Shown piece after piece: positions 62,196 through 64,000 of a stretch of 64,000 nucleotides of DNA (positions are counted from its first letter, which is position 1; every line of letters begins with the position of its first letter). The notes below the pieces were generated by a model. The model was given only the letters and a program-made list of their open reading frames with translations. It did no database searches and was not told where the DNA came from. Origin of the DNA: Gekko japonicus (lineage: Eukaryota). The stretch spans positions 4,408 through 68,407 of the forward strand of contig NW_015161518.1 of the NCBI RefSeq assembly GCF_001447785.1. Reading direction: 5' to 3'. Position numbers and translations under genes: made by a program.

Positions 62196-64000
62196 TTATT
62201 TATTTATTTATTTACAGTATTTATAATCCACTTTCTCCACTGAGTGTTACAAAGTGTAAGTCAATGCACTCAACAGGATGGGACATCCATTAAGCAATGT
62301 AATAGGATTAGGATGTGGAAAGTGAAAATCTGAAAGCATAAGTGTTAACATAATACATACAGCGACAATTGTATAGTCCTCAGTCTTTCCCCCTTTTATT
62401 AAAGCATTCTTCCTATGCCATTCTGTAATAATAATAAAGCTCTATTACCTTTGCAAAATTGCCTTCCTGAATAATTCAATTTTGCATAGTTTGAGAGAGT
62501 GGGAGCCTTCCTGACCTTATCAGGCAGGACATTCCATAAGGTAAGGCCACATCACAGAATCCACATGTACAGGCTGTTGTTGATCTTGCCGATTTGCAGG
62601 GTGGCGTGTTCAGAAGGGGCTACTTGGATGAGTGGGGCTGTTGTGGCAGAGCATAGAGGGAGAAGTAGTCCTGCAGATATGAAGGTCCAAGGCAATGAAG
62701 AGCTTTGTAATCTTTGCAACGGTGATCCATGCAGTGGTCCCCTCCAGGCTAGACTACTGTAATTTGCTCTATGCAGGCTTGCCCTTGCTCCTGACCCGGA
62801 AGCTCCAACTGGTCCAAAATGCAGCTGCGCGGGTCCTTATTGGGACTCCCCAGACAGCACGCATTCAACCAGTGCTGTGTGAGCTGCATTGGCTTCCAGT
62901 GGAACACCAGATCAGGTTTTGACCTTCAAGGCCCTTAGTGGTCAGGAACCTACATACCTTCGGGACCACCTCTCCCAGTATGCCCCTGGAAGAGCATTAT
63001 GCTCGGGGAATAAGAACTTCCTGGTGGTTCCTGGCCTGAGAGAAGTCTGACTGTCTTTGACTAGGGCTGAGAAAGCCCTGGCTTCCACCTGGTGGAACAC
63101 TCTGCCGGAAGACATCCGTGCTCTGTGGGAGTTGTTACCTTTCCGCAGGACATGTAAGGCAGAGAGGACAGCAATGGGGATACTTTTTGGCACTCTCATA
63201 TATTTTCCCATCTGCCGTAACCCCTTCCCCAGGGAGGCTAGAGAGCTGGAATTTTCCCGCCATTTTGCATATTGTATGTATACTTTTTAAATTCTAAATT
63301 GAGGTTTTGTATACTATTTTGTTGTAAGCTGCCCTGAGCCTTACTTGAGCTGCCTAGTAAATCCAATCCAGTTAAGAGCGGCCTAGTAAATCCAATTTAA
63401 TAAATAAGTAATAAAATAAATAAATAGCCAGTACCTTGAATTGAACCCGGTAACTGATGGACAGCCAGTGGAATGACTGCAGAATGGGAATGATATGCAT
63501 ACTCTGCCTAGCCCCTGATAGTAACTGAACTGCAGCATTCTGCTTCAGCTGGAGTCTCCAGGTTGATTTTGAGGAAGATCTGTGTAGAGTGCATTACAGT
63601 AGTCTAGTCTTTATGTTTCCATGGCATGGATCAAGTTGATCAGCTTGGTCAAGTCAATGTTGAGGGCCATTTTCCAGGCTAAACTAAGTTGGTAGAAAGT
63701 GTGTGTGTGTGTGTGTGTGTTTTTTGCAGCTGCATTAACTTGCTTCTTCACCACTGACATTGGATCCAGTACAACCTCTAGACTCTTGACCAAGTCAATG
63801 GGGGTCAGATGAACCCCATAGAAGATGGGATGCACCATGTCCTTCAACAGCTGTGCCTTCCCAACCAGCATTACCTGTGTATTGTCAGTATTTAGTTTCA
63901 CTTTGCTCACTCAGCCAGACAGGCATGGATTCAGAACCTCTACCACATCACCAGGAGATTTGGTCATGGAGTTATAGAGCTGGATATCATCAATATATTG
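62196..64000 (-). mobile_element. Degraded L2 LINE (62196-~62710 and 63426-64000), running off the window
   Basis: (TTTA)n tail at ~62196. VKLNTDNTQVMLV...VKSLEVVLD...IHAMET in ORF 63611-63910. Confidence 0.75.
62711..63425 (+). mobile_element. 5'-truncated L2 inserted antisense into the older L2
   Basis: FATVIHAVVPSRLDYCNLLYAGLP...LQLVQNAAAR. GTAAGCTGCCCTGAGCC 3' end and (AATA)n tail. Confidence 0.88.

Overview
This is vertebrate genomic DNA, most likely squamate and probably gecko, inferred from Sauria SINEs, Squam3-like SINEs and lizard-type CR1/L2/L1/Penelope repeats. It is a transposon-dense intergenic or intronic region with two N-gaps and no host protein-coding exon I can recognise. 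Every long ORF I can identify derives from a retroelement. The main contents are: two internally deleted Ty3/Gypsy (Mag-like, tRNA-Ser-primed) proviruses on the minus strand; a full-length decayed L1; a second L1 with a twin-priming-type 5' inversion; young and old CR1, L2 and RTE-X-like LINE pieces; hAT and Harbinger MITEs with clear TSDs; tRNA- and 5S-derived SINEs; and Penelope pLTR fragments carrying minimal hammerhead ribozyme motifs. The most unusual object is a TSD-flanked, polyadenylated retrocopy at 36785-39120 (minus strand). It consists of a LINE-like leader, a ~505-codon ORF1-like frame, no ORF2, and an mRNA-like 3'UTR. It could be a copy of a chimeric or domesticated ORF1 transcript.
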